NCBI GenBank assembly: GCA_013239625.1
Contig: MU053933.1
Location: 2,443,026 to 2,507,025 of the forward strand
Reading direction: 5' to 3'
DNA length: 64,000 bases
Source: Lama guanicoe
Lineage: Eukaryota
Part shown: positions 39,655 through 51,012 of the stretch, in pieces
Numbering within the stretch: position 1 is the stretch's first letter
Layout: every line of letters starts with the position of its first letter
Made by a program: the position numbers and the translations under genes
The notes under the pieces: model-generated
What the model saw: the letters and a program-made list of their open reading frames with translations, nothing else
Told to the model about the DNA's origin: nothing
The model's database searches: none

Positions 39655-39885
39655 ACCTATTCTGTGAAAGGGGGTTCTTGGGCCAAAAGAGTTTGGGAGA
39701 CGCAGAGTAAGGCAAGGTGGAAAACAGGCCCTACAGTAGGCCTTATCAGAGCCTTTGATGGGCTAATGTGAACTCTGACCCTCCGGAGGGGTGGGGAAGC
39801 AGGATTCTCAAACTGACAGGCGGTTTAACTTTCATGGAAAGTCTCACGAGGTCAGTGTCTTTTGAACATATTTGGAGAACGCTGC
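39655..39885. mobile_element. hAT-Charlie DNA transposon relic (MER103-like)
   Basis: gagtttgggagacg...ttatcagagcctttgatgggctaatgtg...gaacatatttggagaacgctg resembles the recalled MER103C consensus. Confidence 0.55.
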
Positions 39886-42413
39886 TTTGGAACAGCCAAC
39901 AACGAAAAACGTAGGGTAGAGATTTTTTAGACTAAATCTTAACTCTGCCTCACTTTCTTCTTGCTGTTTGAAATCTGAGAAAGGCCTTGTCTGTTCAGCC
40001 TCCTGCCTCACTGGCCTCCCTCCTGCAGGCGTGGGGGCCTTGGGGCAGCCCCCGCCCCCGCCCAGGCGGAGGCCGCAGCCTGGCGTGACGTCCTGGGGGC
40101 GCCTCCGTTCCCCGGCTGGCCTCTCTCCGGGGCGGGTTTCTTAGGGACTGAGGGCGCCCACGACGCGCCCTTGATGCCGAGACCCACACGCTCTTTCCTT
40201 TTAGAAAGTCGCAGGTGCAGGACTGTCGGATTTTAAGCAGTTTCCTGCGGTGTCGGAATGCAGGCGTCAGGATGCCGTGGAGTCTGGCCACTTTCCCCAG
40301 CACCATCGAGGAGGGTGACGGGTTTGCGCCGGTGTAGACAGCCGACTGCCCCACTCCTCCCACCGTGCCGCAGAGCCACCCCGGCTCTTTGACCCTAACT
40401 GTGCCTGGCTTTCTGATTCCTGGCTTCGCATCCTGGGGTTTCCCAGCGACGATCAGCGGAGGAACCGTGGGGTCCCTGCAGGCCAGTGACCGGGAGGGCC
40501 TCCGGGATGCCGGCCAGTGCCGCCTTCAAGGCTTGGCCGTGCCGTGGCAGTGGATGCGAGGCGGACCTGCTTCAGTCCTGACCTCGCCCCCTTGCTGGCG
40601 GGAGGTGGGAGGGCTTGCCTCCGTCTGGCACTGGAGCTGGAGACCGTGGGAGACAGAAGGGCCTGCAGAGAGGGCGGCCTCATCACCTGGGGCCACAGTG
40701 ACCTCATTCTCAGGGCCCCCCACCGTGTGGGCAGCGGGTGAGGCCCGGACAGTGCCCGGCGGAGGGGAGCCCCTGACACTCGGAGCTGCCTCTCTCCGCC
40801 CCGCCACCCCTGCGCCGGTTACCAGGGCCTGGGGTGGGCATGGCTGGGCCTGGGGCTCAGAGGGGTCTGCGAGGGATTTGTGGGGGGACTGAACAGCGCA
40901 GCCAAGAGGAAGCAACGGTCCAGCGAGTTCTGCGCTGCGCTTCTGCCAGGCTGCGTCGCAGCTGCGTCTTGATACGTTAGTTTTGCCTTGGCTTTCGGGT
41001 GGCTTTCTCTCCTTTTTTGGTTCATTCTTGGTTACACTTCCTGCTGACAGCAGCCCCCGTGAATGGCAGGGACCTGCTAGCTGCACACTGGTTGCAGGCA
41101 CTGCCCACACATGACTCCAAGAGAAGGCCCTTTAAGAGGACCTTCATACAGGAGGGCGGATCGGGGTGGGGGCCAGAGCCCTAGGGACAGGACTCCGGTT
41201 CTGGGCTGGCCCGGGCTGCGGGCTCCTCCTGGGTCAGCCCAGCCCCGGCCAAGTTAGGGCTCAGCGGTCTGAAGCATCCTTCACATGGGAAGTGTCCACA
41301 GGTGTGGGGCAGGAGGCCCACGATCCTGAGACCCACCTCTGCCTTCCAGGTGCCAACCAGCCCTGCACCCCACTCCTCTCTGGGTGCACCATGGCTCCCT
41401 GGCTCTGTGGACGGTTCCCCAGGTAGCCATCTGGCCCTCTCGACTTGCGCTGCTCCATCCCGGGAGCCCCCACCCCCACCTCTGCCGCTCTGTCCGGTCC
41501 TGGTGGACAGATCCTGATCCCCTTCTGTGCTTGCCCCTCTCCAGGACAGCAGGGGTCCCGGAGGGCTCAGCAGGGAGAGATCAGGGCTGCCAGACACCCA
41601 GTGCTCCTCCTTCTAGGCACATAGTAGGGCTACATATCCTGTCTTCTCTGGCGTGGCCATCAGCCTGCTCTGGCTGGGAGATGATGTGTCATTTCTGTGC
41701 ATGGCATGCAGGACCCTTGTGTGTCTGCTGGGGTCCTGCTCTGGTCCCAGATGGACTCCCAGCCAATCCACGCAGACTTGGGGCATGTGAAGGGGAGCTC
41801 TTGTGAGACCCAGGGCCTGTTGGTTACACGGTGGGACCCAGCCCATTGTGTCGGACTCCAGGGCGGTGCAAGAGCCTGGAAGATGGCCAGCATGGCTCTT
41901 GCCTTGGGGGACCGTGGCTCAGATGCACCGGTGTTTTCAAAACTGTACCGAAATGAAACTGGATTCTCCCTCATGGATCTGAGGCTCTTTAGATGAACAC
42001 GGCCTGGACTTTGCTTCCTTCTTTCTCCAAAAGTTCTTGGCTGGTGGATTGGTTATGTGAAGCTTTTTCCAGACGAGGATAGTTTCCAATTAGTCTGTGA
42101 TATTTGCAAACTCTGCACTAGCAAGCGGGTCTTTGCTGAGATGTTTTCCCAGAAATCTGCTCTCCCCAAACAGCCTAAATGGCTCCCTTCACTGCTGCCA
42201 AGAGAACAGGGGACCCTCTGTCTGCCAGCTCACCCAGCACCAGTCCCGCGGCAGCGGTGTGAGCAGCCGATGGCGCAGCTCAGGGCCGCGTGCAGCGTGG
42301 CCGCAGCAGACACCCCAGGCCCTGGTTCTGGGAACATGTGCCCACCCTCCTCCTGAGCTCTTTGAGGGGAAGGTGGACACACAGGCTCAGATCTGGCCTC
42401 AGCACTGCCCACC

Positions 42414-42740
42414 TGTGACCGCGTCCACACTCGCCCTGCTTTCTGCACTACAGGCCAGTCAATCGGGAGACGAGGTTCTGGGGCAGGAACAGCAGCTTTA
42501 TTCGGAGAGTTGGTGGACCGAGCAGATGGGGGACTCATGTCCTGGAGAACCACCCCTATAGGAGTGGAAAAGTGTCCTACCCTTAAGGTCAGAGCCTGGA
42601 GGACGGGCTCTCCTGTATAGTTCAGGCTCCAGGCCACATTCGTTTACAAAAGGTGCAGAGCCAGCCCAGGAAACAGAGCTCAGGGTTAGCGCTAAAGGAG
42701 CAGATCTCAGGTGGAGTTAGGTTTGTCCTTCCCTGTTACA
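42414..42740 (-). mobile_element. Solo LTR, ERV1 class, 327 bp
   Basis: TG...CA termini, 4-bp target-site duplication CACC (42410-42413 and 42741-42744), and tttatt (AATAAA on the - strand) near 42497. Confidence 0.8.
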
Positions 42741-43210
42741 CACCTGTACGGTCAAGTCATGGTGGCCTGCGGCCGACAGGCTGGACTGCTCATGTTGGCC
42801 CAGTCCCTGCCGGCTTGCCCTCTCCAGGTGTCCCCACGTGGGCTCATTGACCCGTCAGCTCCATGGCCGATTCTCACACCCCAGAACCCACCTCACCTGC
42901 CTCTACAGGGGCTGTAGCTCATGAGATTACCAGCTTCCCAATTTGTGGTTCTCCAAATATAAAGCATCACATAGGCCCCACTGGCATAGAACACCCACAG
43001 TCAAGCTAACAGTGACTTGATAGTTTTCTCCAGGAAAAACTCAGTGGGTATCAATTTGCATTTGTGTGAGCAAAGGGCTCCTTCTGGTGATCCTCCCTAG
43101 ATGAAGAGACTTCCCGTTCTGGTAATATGATTCTGGTTTTAAAAAAACTTAGGCAAATAGGCCCTGAGGGGCACCCTTCAAGACAGTATCAAAATCTGCC
43201 GTGAACTGTT

Positions 43211-43804
43211 TTTTGTAGTGTAGTCAGTTTGCAATGTTGTGTCAGCTTCTGGTGCACAGCATGTTTCAGGCATACGTGCACAGACACAGATTCCTTTTCA
43301 GATTCTTTTCCATTATAGGTCACTACAAGATATTGAATGTCTTTCCCCAGGATGTACAGAAGAAACTTGTTTATTTTATATAAACTAGTTAATATTTGCA
43401 AATCTCAAACTCCTAATTTATCCCTTCCCACCCCCTTTCCCCCTGGTAACCATAAGGTTGTTTTCTATGTTTGTGAGTCTGTTCCTGTTTTGAAGATGAG
43501 TTCATTGGTGTCTTCTTTTCCTTTTATTAGATTCCACATATGAGCGATCTCATATGGTATTTTCCTTTCTCTTTTTGTCTTACTTCACTTAGAATGACAT
43601 TCTCTAGGTCCACCCATGTTGCTGCAAATGGCATTATTTCATTCTTTTTTATGGCTGAGTAGTATTCCACTGTACAAATACACCACAACTTCTTTATCCA
43701 GTCGTCTGTCAATAGACATTTAGGCTGTTTCCATGTCTTGTCTATTGTAATTAGTGCTGCTGTGAACACTGGGGTGCAGGTGTCTTTTCAAATTAGAGTT
43801 CTCA
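43211..43804 (-). mobile_element. 5'-truncated L1 (ORF2 C-terminus plus 3' UTR), cetartiodactyl/camelid type
   Basis: ORF 43527-43769 (-) MFTAALITIDKTWKQPKC...[29 protein letters not shown] is the L1 ORF2 C-terminus. Flanked by a decayed TSD, ccgtgaactgtt (43199-43210) and ccatgaactatt (43805-43816). Confidence 0.92.
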
Positions 43805-44413
43805 CCATGAACTATTAGCCCACATCGTGCTCTTCAGTAAGACAGCCGTGGTCCCCGTCGAGGCTGGACATAGACCAGGAGTCCTAGCTGGTGCAGCAAG
43901 TGAGGAACGAGTAACAGACGGGTAATCACTGCGGTCGGGCCGTTACTTCCTTTAAATGCCCAAGAGAATTCCCTGGGAAAACATGAGAAACAATACGAAA
44001 GAGCAGTAAGGTTCCTCATCACAATTATTTCATTCTTTTTTATGGCTGAGTAGTATTCCACTGTACAAATACACCACAACTTCTTTATCCAGTCGTCTGT
44101 CAATAGACATTTAGGCTGTTTCCATGTCTTGTCTATTGTAATTAGTGCTGCTGTGAACACTGGGGTGCAGGTGTCTTTTCAAATTAGAGTTCTCACCATG
44201 AACTATTAGCCCACATCGTGCTCTTCAGTAAGACAGCCGTGGTCCCCGTCGAGGCTGGACATAGACCAGGAGTCCTAGCTGGTGCAGCAAGTGAGGAACG
44301 AGTAACAGACGGGTAATCACTGCGGTCGGGCCGTTACTTCCTTTAAATGCCCAAGAGAATTCCCTGGGAAAACATGAGAAACAATACGAAAGAGCAGTAA
44401 GGTTCCTCATCAC
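43633..44413. repeat. Direct tandem duplication, 2 x 390 bp
   Basis: 43633-44022 matches 44024-44413 with no mismatch seen by eye; the copies are separated by a single A. Confidence 0.95.
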
Positions 44414-44481
44414 GGAAGTTTTAAGACTCTCCGTCTTTCCTACAGAGCAGAAATAACCCACTTAGAACATAGAAAAGCCCA

Positions 44482-44933
44482 CGTAGTAGGCTGAAAAAAG
44501 CCCCCCAAAATACCTACACCCCCTAATTTCTGGAATCTGTGTCTATGACCTTATGTGGCAAAATTAAGTGTTAAATTAAGGGTTTTGAAGTAAGGGGACT
44601 AGCCCGGACTGTTGGGGCCACCCCTAAATGCCATCACAAGTGTCCTTATAAGACAGGAGCAGGGATTCGGTGACACAGAGCAGGAAGGCCGTGTGAAGTC
44701 AGGGCAGAGAGAGTTGGAGACGCTGGTCTGGAAGGTTGGCACGACGTGGCCCCAAGTCCAGGGACCAGAAGCCGAAGGAGGCAGAGGGGCCTCTCCGACA
44801 GCCTCGGAAGTCAGTTCGGCCCCACCAACTCCCTGATTTTGAGCTTCTGGCCTCAAAACTGTGAGAGAATGAATTTCTGTTGTTTTAAGCCAGGACGTGT
44901 GTTTGCAGCCACAGGAGCATCCCGCGTTCATAC
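44482..44933 (+). mobile_element. MaLR LTR (MLT1B/C/D-like)
   Basis: gtagtaggctgaa..gcccccca...cctaaatgccatcacaagtgtccttataag...cttctggcctcaaaactgtgagagaatgaatttctgttgttttaagcca. Confidence 0.85.
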
Positions 44934-45549
44934 TTCCTGCAGCTCTGACCTGAGGTTTCTCCCGGCTGGACGGGTGTCAATGACGCTGGGGCGGCAGGAT
45001 GACGATTTTGACTTCATTTGTTCTGCACATCTGTGCTCATATCCCAGAATAATAAGTCCCCTGTCCGGAGCCCCCGCCCGCGCCTTTCCCGGGGCCCCCT
45101 ACCCGGAATGTCTGTCTCCCTGGTCCTCCCTTCCTTCGAGGCTCCCCTGGGCACCGGGTTGGGGGCGGGATGTACCACCTGCATCTCACTCTTGGGAGCT
45201 CAGGTGGTCCCAGGAGGACTAGAAGGGAGTGAGGTCAGCAAGGGGGGTCAGGGACCACCCTCCTTCTGCAGAGGTGGGCTCGGTGCATCACTTCCTGGCT
45301 TTGCCTTGTTTCCAGGGACCGAGAACAGCATCTGGGTGACCACTGGGACTGTGGTGCCTCACGGATGCCGCGTCGCACCAGGAAGGTCTGAGGAGCCATC
45401 CCTGTTGTTGCCGCGTGCTGGGGGGCTGTGCGTCCTCCGGTCTCAGTTCAGCAGGTGGGTGCGGGGGCCTCGCTTCCAAGGCGGGCTGCCTTTGCAGGCT
45501 GCAGGAGAGCGTTCTGGTGACTGTGCATCGACGCTGCCCGGGCGCCTCT

Positions 45550-45900
45550 GTTCAGGTCTGTCCAGAAATCGCCTGGGGCAGCTACTCCCCTGCACAGAGC
45601 ACTGCACCTACCCAGCTGGATCGGAAGCACCTGTGCACAGCCACTTTATGCTGACAAAGCCCGCAGAGAACTCAGGTGCCGTTCAGCAGATGAGTGGATG
45701 ACCGAATGGGGGCGCAGCCACTCAGTGGAGTGGGCTGCAGGAACAGGGAGGAGCGAGGTCGTGGGCACGCGGCACGGGTGAATCTTCAGTGCGTTTTCCC
45801 AAGTGAAAGAAGCCAGACCCAACAGCCTTCGTTCTGTACGATCCCGTCTGCGGGGCGGCCTGGGAAAGGCAGAGCCACGATGGGGAGTGGACAGGAGCAG
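45550..45900 (+). mobile_element. Old L1 ORF2-end/3' UTR fragment
   Basis: cagatgagtggatg...gggtgaatcttc...ccaagtgaaagaagccagaccca resembles L1MB/ME. Confidence 0.55.
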
Positions 45901-47519
45901 CTGCAACTCAGCCTGATCCCGTGGAGCTGGAACCCGGAACCTCAAACGTCCTCAGCGGCTCCAGGTCGGAGCCCAAGAGCTTCCTCCAGATGCTCCGTCC
46001 CACTTGTCCTGGGCTTGTGCGCCAGCGGTCAGCTTCGTGGGCTCCGCGCCTGGAGCCATCATCCCAGCGCCAAGCTCCTCTTTCTAGAGTCAGCCTCCTA
46101 AGGAGGGGAGGCTGGCACCAGTTGCGGCTGGCGACCCTCGTGATGTCTGATGCGGTAGCTCTGCCGGACGCCGCAAGCCCAGAGAAGACAGTGGGAGGTG
46201 GCGGGACATCGGGGGAGTGGGTCAGGGCGGGGGCTCTCGGGAGCCACATGCCTCTAAGGTCGTCCAGTCCGAACGGCCCGACTGGAGGGGGCAAGACTTG
46301 CCAGGATGTGGCAGACTCGTGCTGAACCAGGACTGGATCCCGGTCTCCTGATCTGCCTCCTGCTCCACAGTATCTGCAGAAGGAGGCCCCGGACCCAGCT
46401 GACACCATGAGGGGGTCTCCTGTGGGTGGGGCCCAGGGGGCTGGTCTCCCACAGGTGACTTGGAAGCCAGCTGCAGGTCCTGCAGGAGGCAGTCTGTCCT
46501 GGTGGGTGCCAAGCTGGGGGTCAGGACCCGGGGCTGCGGTTCTGCACCCCAGACTTTGGTCTCCAGTCTCGAGCCTGACAAGGCTGATCATCGGGTCCTA
46601 GGGGTGCTCAGTGAGTCCATCACGGAAGCCAGTGCTCGGGGACCCGGGACATGTCACCGCACGTGGGTACGAGCTCAGAAGTTGCGTCTGTCTATCCTGA
46701 CGTCTGTGTTCCCAGGCCGGGCTGTGGACAGGCGCACAGACGCCGGCCTGCCCGAACGCATCCTAGGAGGGGGAACCGGGGAAACGGAGCCAAAACCCTC
46801 TGGGGTCTCTCCAGCCGCATGCCTTCTGGGTTGACCAGTGCACCAGGGAGCCAAGTGCCCCTAATATTTGAATCAGAAACATGATTTTCTAAATGCCGGA
46901 AGCTACAGCATTTTCTAGTCCAGGTTCCCGTGAGCAGAGCTGGGGGCTTGGATTCGAGGCTGCCTTTGCCCAGCGGTGGAAGCCTGGCTGGGCTCCCTCC
47001 TCCCGCCTCTGCCCCTCCATGTCCCCTGACGCCAGGCCCCTGGGATGCGGTCAGACTCCCCGGACACAGGCACAGAAGCTGAGGGACAGGGCACACTTGG
47101 CCCACTGCCTCCCCCACCACGGGTCGGCTCTTGGACTCTCCCACAGAAACTCACTCATCTCACCACTGTAAACACAGCGTCCTTAGCAGAAATCAGTGGC
47201 AGATGCAGGCAGATTAGGTCTCTCAGGGAGAGGCGGAGGCACAGGCTGGAAGCCGGCCAAGGCCAGAAGCCGTGGCCGCAGCGGCAAGGTGCCAGGGCCC
47301 CCTCGGCACCAGGCCGTCCGGGTTACAGAGCGCCAGGCTGCTCCTGGAGAGCCGCAGCCGGGGGAGCGGCTCCCAGGGCCCCTCATGGCCGGGGCATGTG
47401 TGCCCCCGGCGGCGGGCGCAGGCCGCCCTCCTCCAGGACCAGGAGCGCAGTGGGCGTGGGCTGGCCTCGGTGCCCCTTTTAGCCAGTTACCATCTTTGAA
47501 AGGAATCGTCTCCTAACAA

Positions 47520-48380
47520 ATGAGACACAATTCACTTGTCTTGCAATTCACCCTTTTAAAGCGTAGTTCAGCGCCATTTAGTACGTTCACACTGCTGTGC
47601 AACCAGCCCTGCTATCTGCTTCTGGAATTTTCCATCACACGATTCACAATTTTGTGTTAGTATCAGGTGTACAGCAAGGTGATTCAGTTACACATACTTA
47701 TGTGTATATATTCTTTTTCAGATTCTTTTCCATTATAGGTTATTACAAGATGCTGAATACAGTTCCCTGTGCTGCACAGAAGGGCCTTGTTGTTCATCTG
47801 TTTTACATATAGTAGTTAGTATCTGCTAATCCCAAGCTCCCAGTTTATCCCTCTGCCCTGTCCCCTTTCCCCCGGTAACCATCAGTTTGTTTTCTATCTC
47901 TGTGAGTTTCTTTCTGCTTTGTAAATATGTTCATTTCTGTCTCTTTTTTAGATTCCACATATAAGTGATATCATAGGGTACTTGTCTTTCTCTGACTGAC
48001 TTCACTCAGTATGACCATCTCCAGGTCCATCCACATTGCTGCAAATGGCATGATTTTATTCTTTTTTATGGCCGAGTAGTATTCCATTGTGTACATACAC
48101 CACAAGTTCTCTATCCAGTCATCTGTTGATGGACATTTAGGTTGCTTCCATGTCTCGGCTGTTGTAAATAGTGTTGCTGTGAGCACTGGGTTTTTTTCCG
48201 GATATATGTCCAGGAGTGGGATTGCTGGATCATATGGCAGCTCTATTTTTAGTTTTCTAAGGAAATTCCATACTGTCGCCTATAGTGGCTACACCAATTT
48301 ACATTCTCACCAGCAGTGTGGGAAGCGCCCTTTGCCCCACACCCTCTCCAGCATTCATTGCTTCACTTTTTGATGATGAA
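47520..48380 (-). mobile_element. Short old L1 3' end (47520-47640) followed by a younger 5'-truncated L1 (47640-48380)
   Basis: ORF 47971-48186 (-) ..[51 protein letters not shown] is the ORF2 C-terminus. The 3' UTR is similar to that of the element at 43211. Confidence 0.9.
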
Positions 48381-48384
48381 ACGC

Positions 48385-50330
48385 CTCTCTTTGGTGTTTC
48401 TTGTAGGGCAGTCTTACTAGTGTTGGATCCTCTCAGATTTTATGTATTTTGTTCATTTTATTAAATATATATATTTATATTTTAAAATATATTTACATTT
48501 TTTGTTATTTAATTTTGTTATTTTTTAATGTGTCTTAGTGTCGCTCTCATTTTGCAGGACAGGTTACTGTGCACAGAACCCCAGGCGGGCGGCCTCCACC
48601 TGTCAGCACTCTGACTGTTCTCCGTGGTTTCTGATGGGAATCCAGCTGTCGATCTTACTCAGGATCCCTTGTATGAGACACATGGTTTTCCCCTTGCTCC
48701 TTTGAAGACCTCCCCTCATCTGTGACCTGTTACAGTTTGGTTACACTATGTTCAGGTGTGGATCTCTTTGAATTTATCCTACTTAGAGTTTTTTGAGCTT
48801 CTACAATGTGTAAATTAAGGTTTTTCATCAAATTTGAGAAGTTTTAGGCCCTCATTTTTTCTCAGATATTCTCTCTGCTCTTTTCTCTCTCTCTTCTCTA
48901 TGTTCGGGACCCTATCATGTGCATTTTGGGATGCCTAGTGGTGTCCCACAGGTCTCTAAGGCTCTGCTCATTTTTCTTTCTTTCTTTTTTCCTCTCTCAT
49001 TCTGTTCCTCTGACTGGACAGGCTGCCCGATCTTCAAGCCGGCTGGTTCTCTCCTCTGCTTGTGAGACCGCCAATGAATTTTTAAATCTCATTTATTGTA
49101 CTTTTCGACTCCAGAATTTCCATTTGGCTCTTCCTCCTTCTCTGTCGATGCTCCTCGTCTGACGACACGTTGTTCTCTCTCTGTGCTTGGTTTCCTTCAG
49201 CCCTTCAGTTATATTTAAAACAGCTGATTTGAAGTTTCTGGTAAACGTAGTGTCTGGGCTGCCCCAGGGACATTTCTACTGATTGCTTTCTCCACTGTGA
49301 ATGGGACATGCCTTCTTGTTTCTTTGCATGTCTCTATTTTTCCAGCTGGACATTTGAAATAATATAATGCGGCAACTCTGGAAATCAGACTCTCTCCTCT
49401 CCCCAGGGTTTGTTGCTGGAATATGCAGTTTTGGTGTTGTTTGTTGGTGGTTTCCTGAATTAATTCTATAAAATCTGTATTATTTGTCCTGTGTGGCTAT
49501 TGACGTCCCTCCTCGGCTAGCTTAGTGGTCAGCTAGTGATTGCATGGAGATTTTCTTAAATTCCTGAGCCAGTACGTCTCAGTCTTTGCTAAAGGGCTCT
49601 CTCCGTGGTGCTGGGGCATCTTCCACACTCAGTCCAGCAATGGACAACTCTGCCGTAGCCTTCACTTCCACAGACTGGCCAGAGGTGAGAGTGCAGGGCC
49701 ACCTTGGCTCCTTACTGAGCAGGTGCACAGCCCTGGACAAGTGCCTGGCCGTCCAGATTCCTAGGAATGTGTGGGACTTTTCCAAATCTCCCTGTGGACA
49801 TTTCATTCCCAGCTTCTTCTTTTAAGATTGTTTGTTTATTTTTGCCCTGTTATCCACCGCAGTGTTGAGCAATTGCCTCTGACTTTCTTAGAAAACAAAT
49901 GACCTTGGGGAAATGGCTGTTCCTGCTGGATGAGCTCGAGGTCAAGTCAGAGGAAGACGGCCTTGCAAGCGTGGTCTTCTGAGGACCAGCAGATGGGTCA
50001 GAGACTGATGTTTCTCTGGGAATGGGGCACCGGGGTACCACCTCCATTCTGCCCCTTTCCCCTGGCTGCCAGGCTGTTGATTTTCAAGGCTATTGTGGAG
50101 ATGGGGTGGTGGGGGCAGATGGGAATAGAGCAACTCAAAATGCCACAAAGCTCACTGTTCTCACCAAGATTCAGCTGTTTTTCATGAATAAACATTCCTC
50201 GTTTCAAGTCCTTGGTTAATTTCCAGAGGTCTGAAAAAGTTGATCCCGATCATTTTTGCCAATGTTGCTCCTCTGGCTAAGAGGATTTTGGATGTCCTTA
50301 TTCTGCCATTTTACTGATGTCATTACTCAG
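48385..50330 (-). mobile_element. Old L1M ORF1/5' region fragment with an internal AT-rich tract (48440-48530)
   Basis: Antisense ORF1-type motifs (ggtgtggatctctttgaatttatcctacttagagtt...ttttcatcaaatttgagaagtttt). Similar to positions 260-720. Confidence 0.65.
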
Positions 50331-51012
50331 AATTTTTTTAAAAAGCCTTCTAGAGGTAAAGTTGACGTAATAAGATATACACATAAAACAGTATTTGACA
50401 AGTTTTGACACATGTGTGCACCTATGAAACCATCACCACAGACGAGATAATGACCTACCCAGCTCCTCACGCCCCATCTGGGATCCCCGCCCCTGCCTCT
50501 GCACCCCCTTCGTCTCCAGGCAACCACTGATCTTCTTTCTGTCACTGTAGATTAGTTTGCACTTTCTAAAGTCTTATGTAAGTGGAATCATTCTGTCACT
50601 CAGCATCAATATTTTGAGATCCATCCATGTTGCTGTGTGAACCAGAGTTTCACTCCCACTTAATGCTGAACAGAATTCCATTATTTGGATGCCTTGCAGT
50701 CTGCTGACAGACATGTGCGTTGCTTCTTGTTTGGGGCTATTACAAATAAAGCTGGGGTGGACGTTTAGGCGAGAGTCTTTGTGTGGACGTATGCTTTTCG
50801 TTCCTCTTGGGGAGTCAAATGGCTGGGCCGTCCTAGTAGGTGGACAGTGGTTTCTCATTGCAGTGTTACTTTCCCTGATGGCTAATGGGGTTGAGTATTT
50901 TTTTCCTGTGTTAATTTACTATCTGTGTATCTTCTTTGGTGAATCATCTGTTCAAATCCTTTGCCCATTTTTAGAAAGGGTTATTAGTTTTCTTATTATT
51001 GAGTTTTGAGAG

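Noticed and set aside
43834..44160. Chimeric ORF fusing L1 ORF2 to a novel peptide
   Set aside because: A by-product of the tandem duplication junction, with no promoter or splice support.
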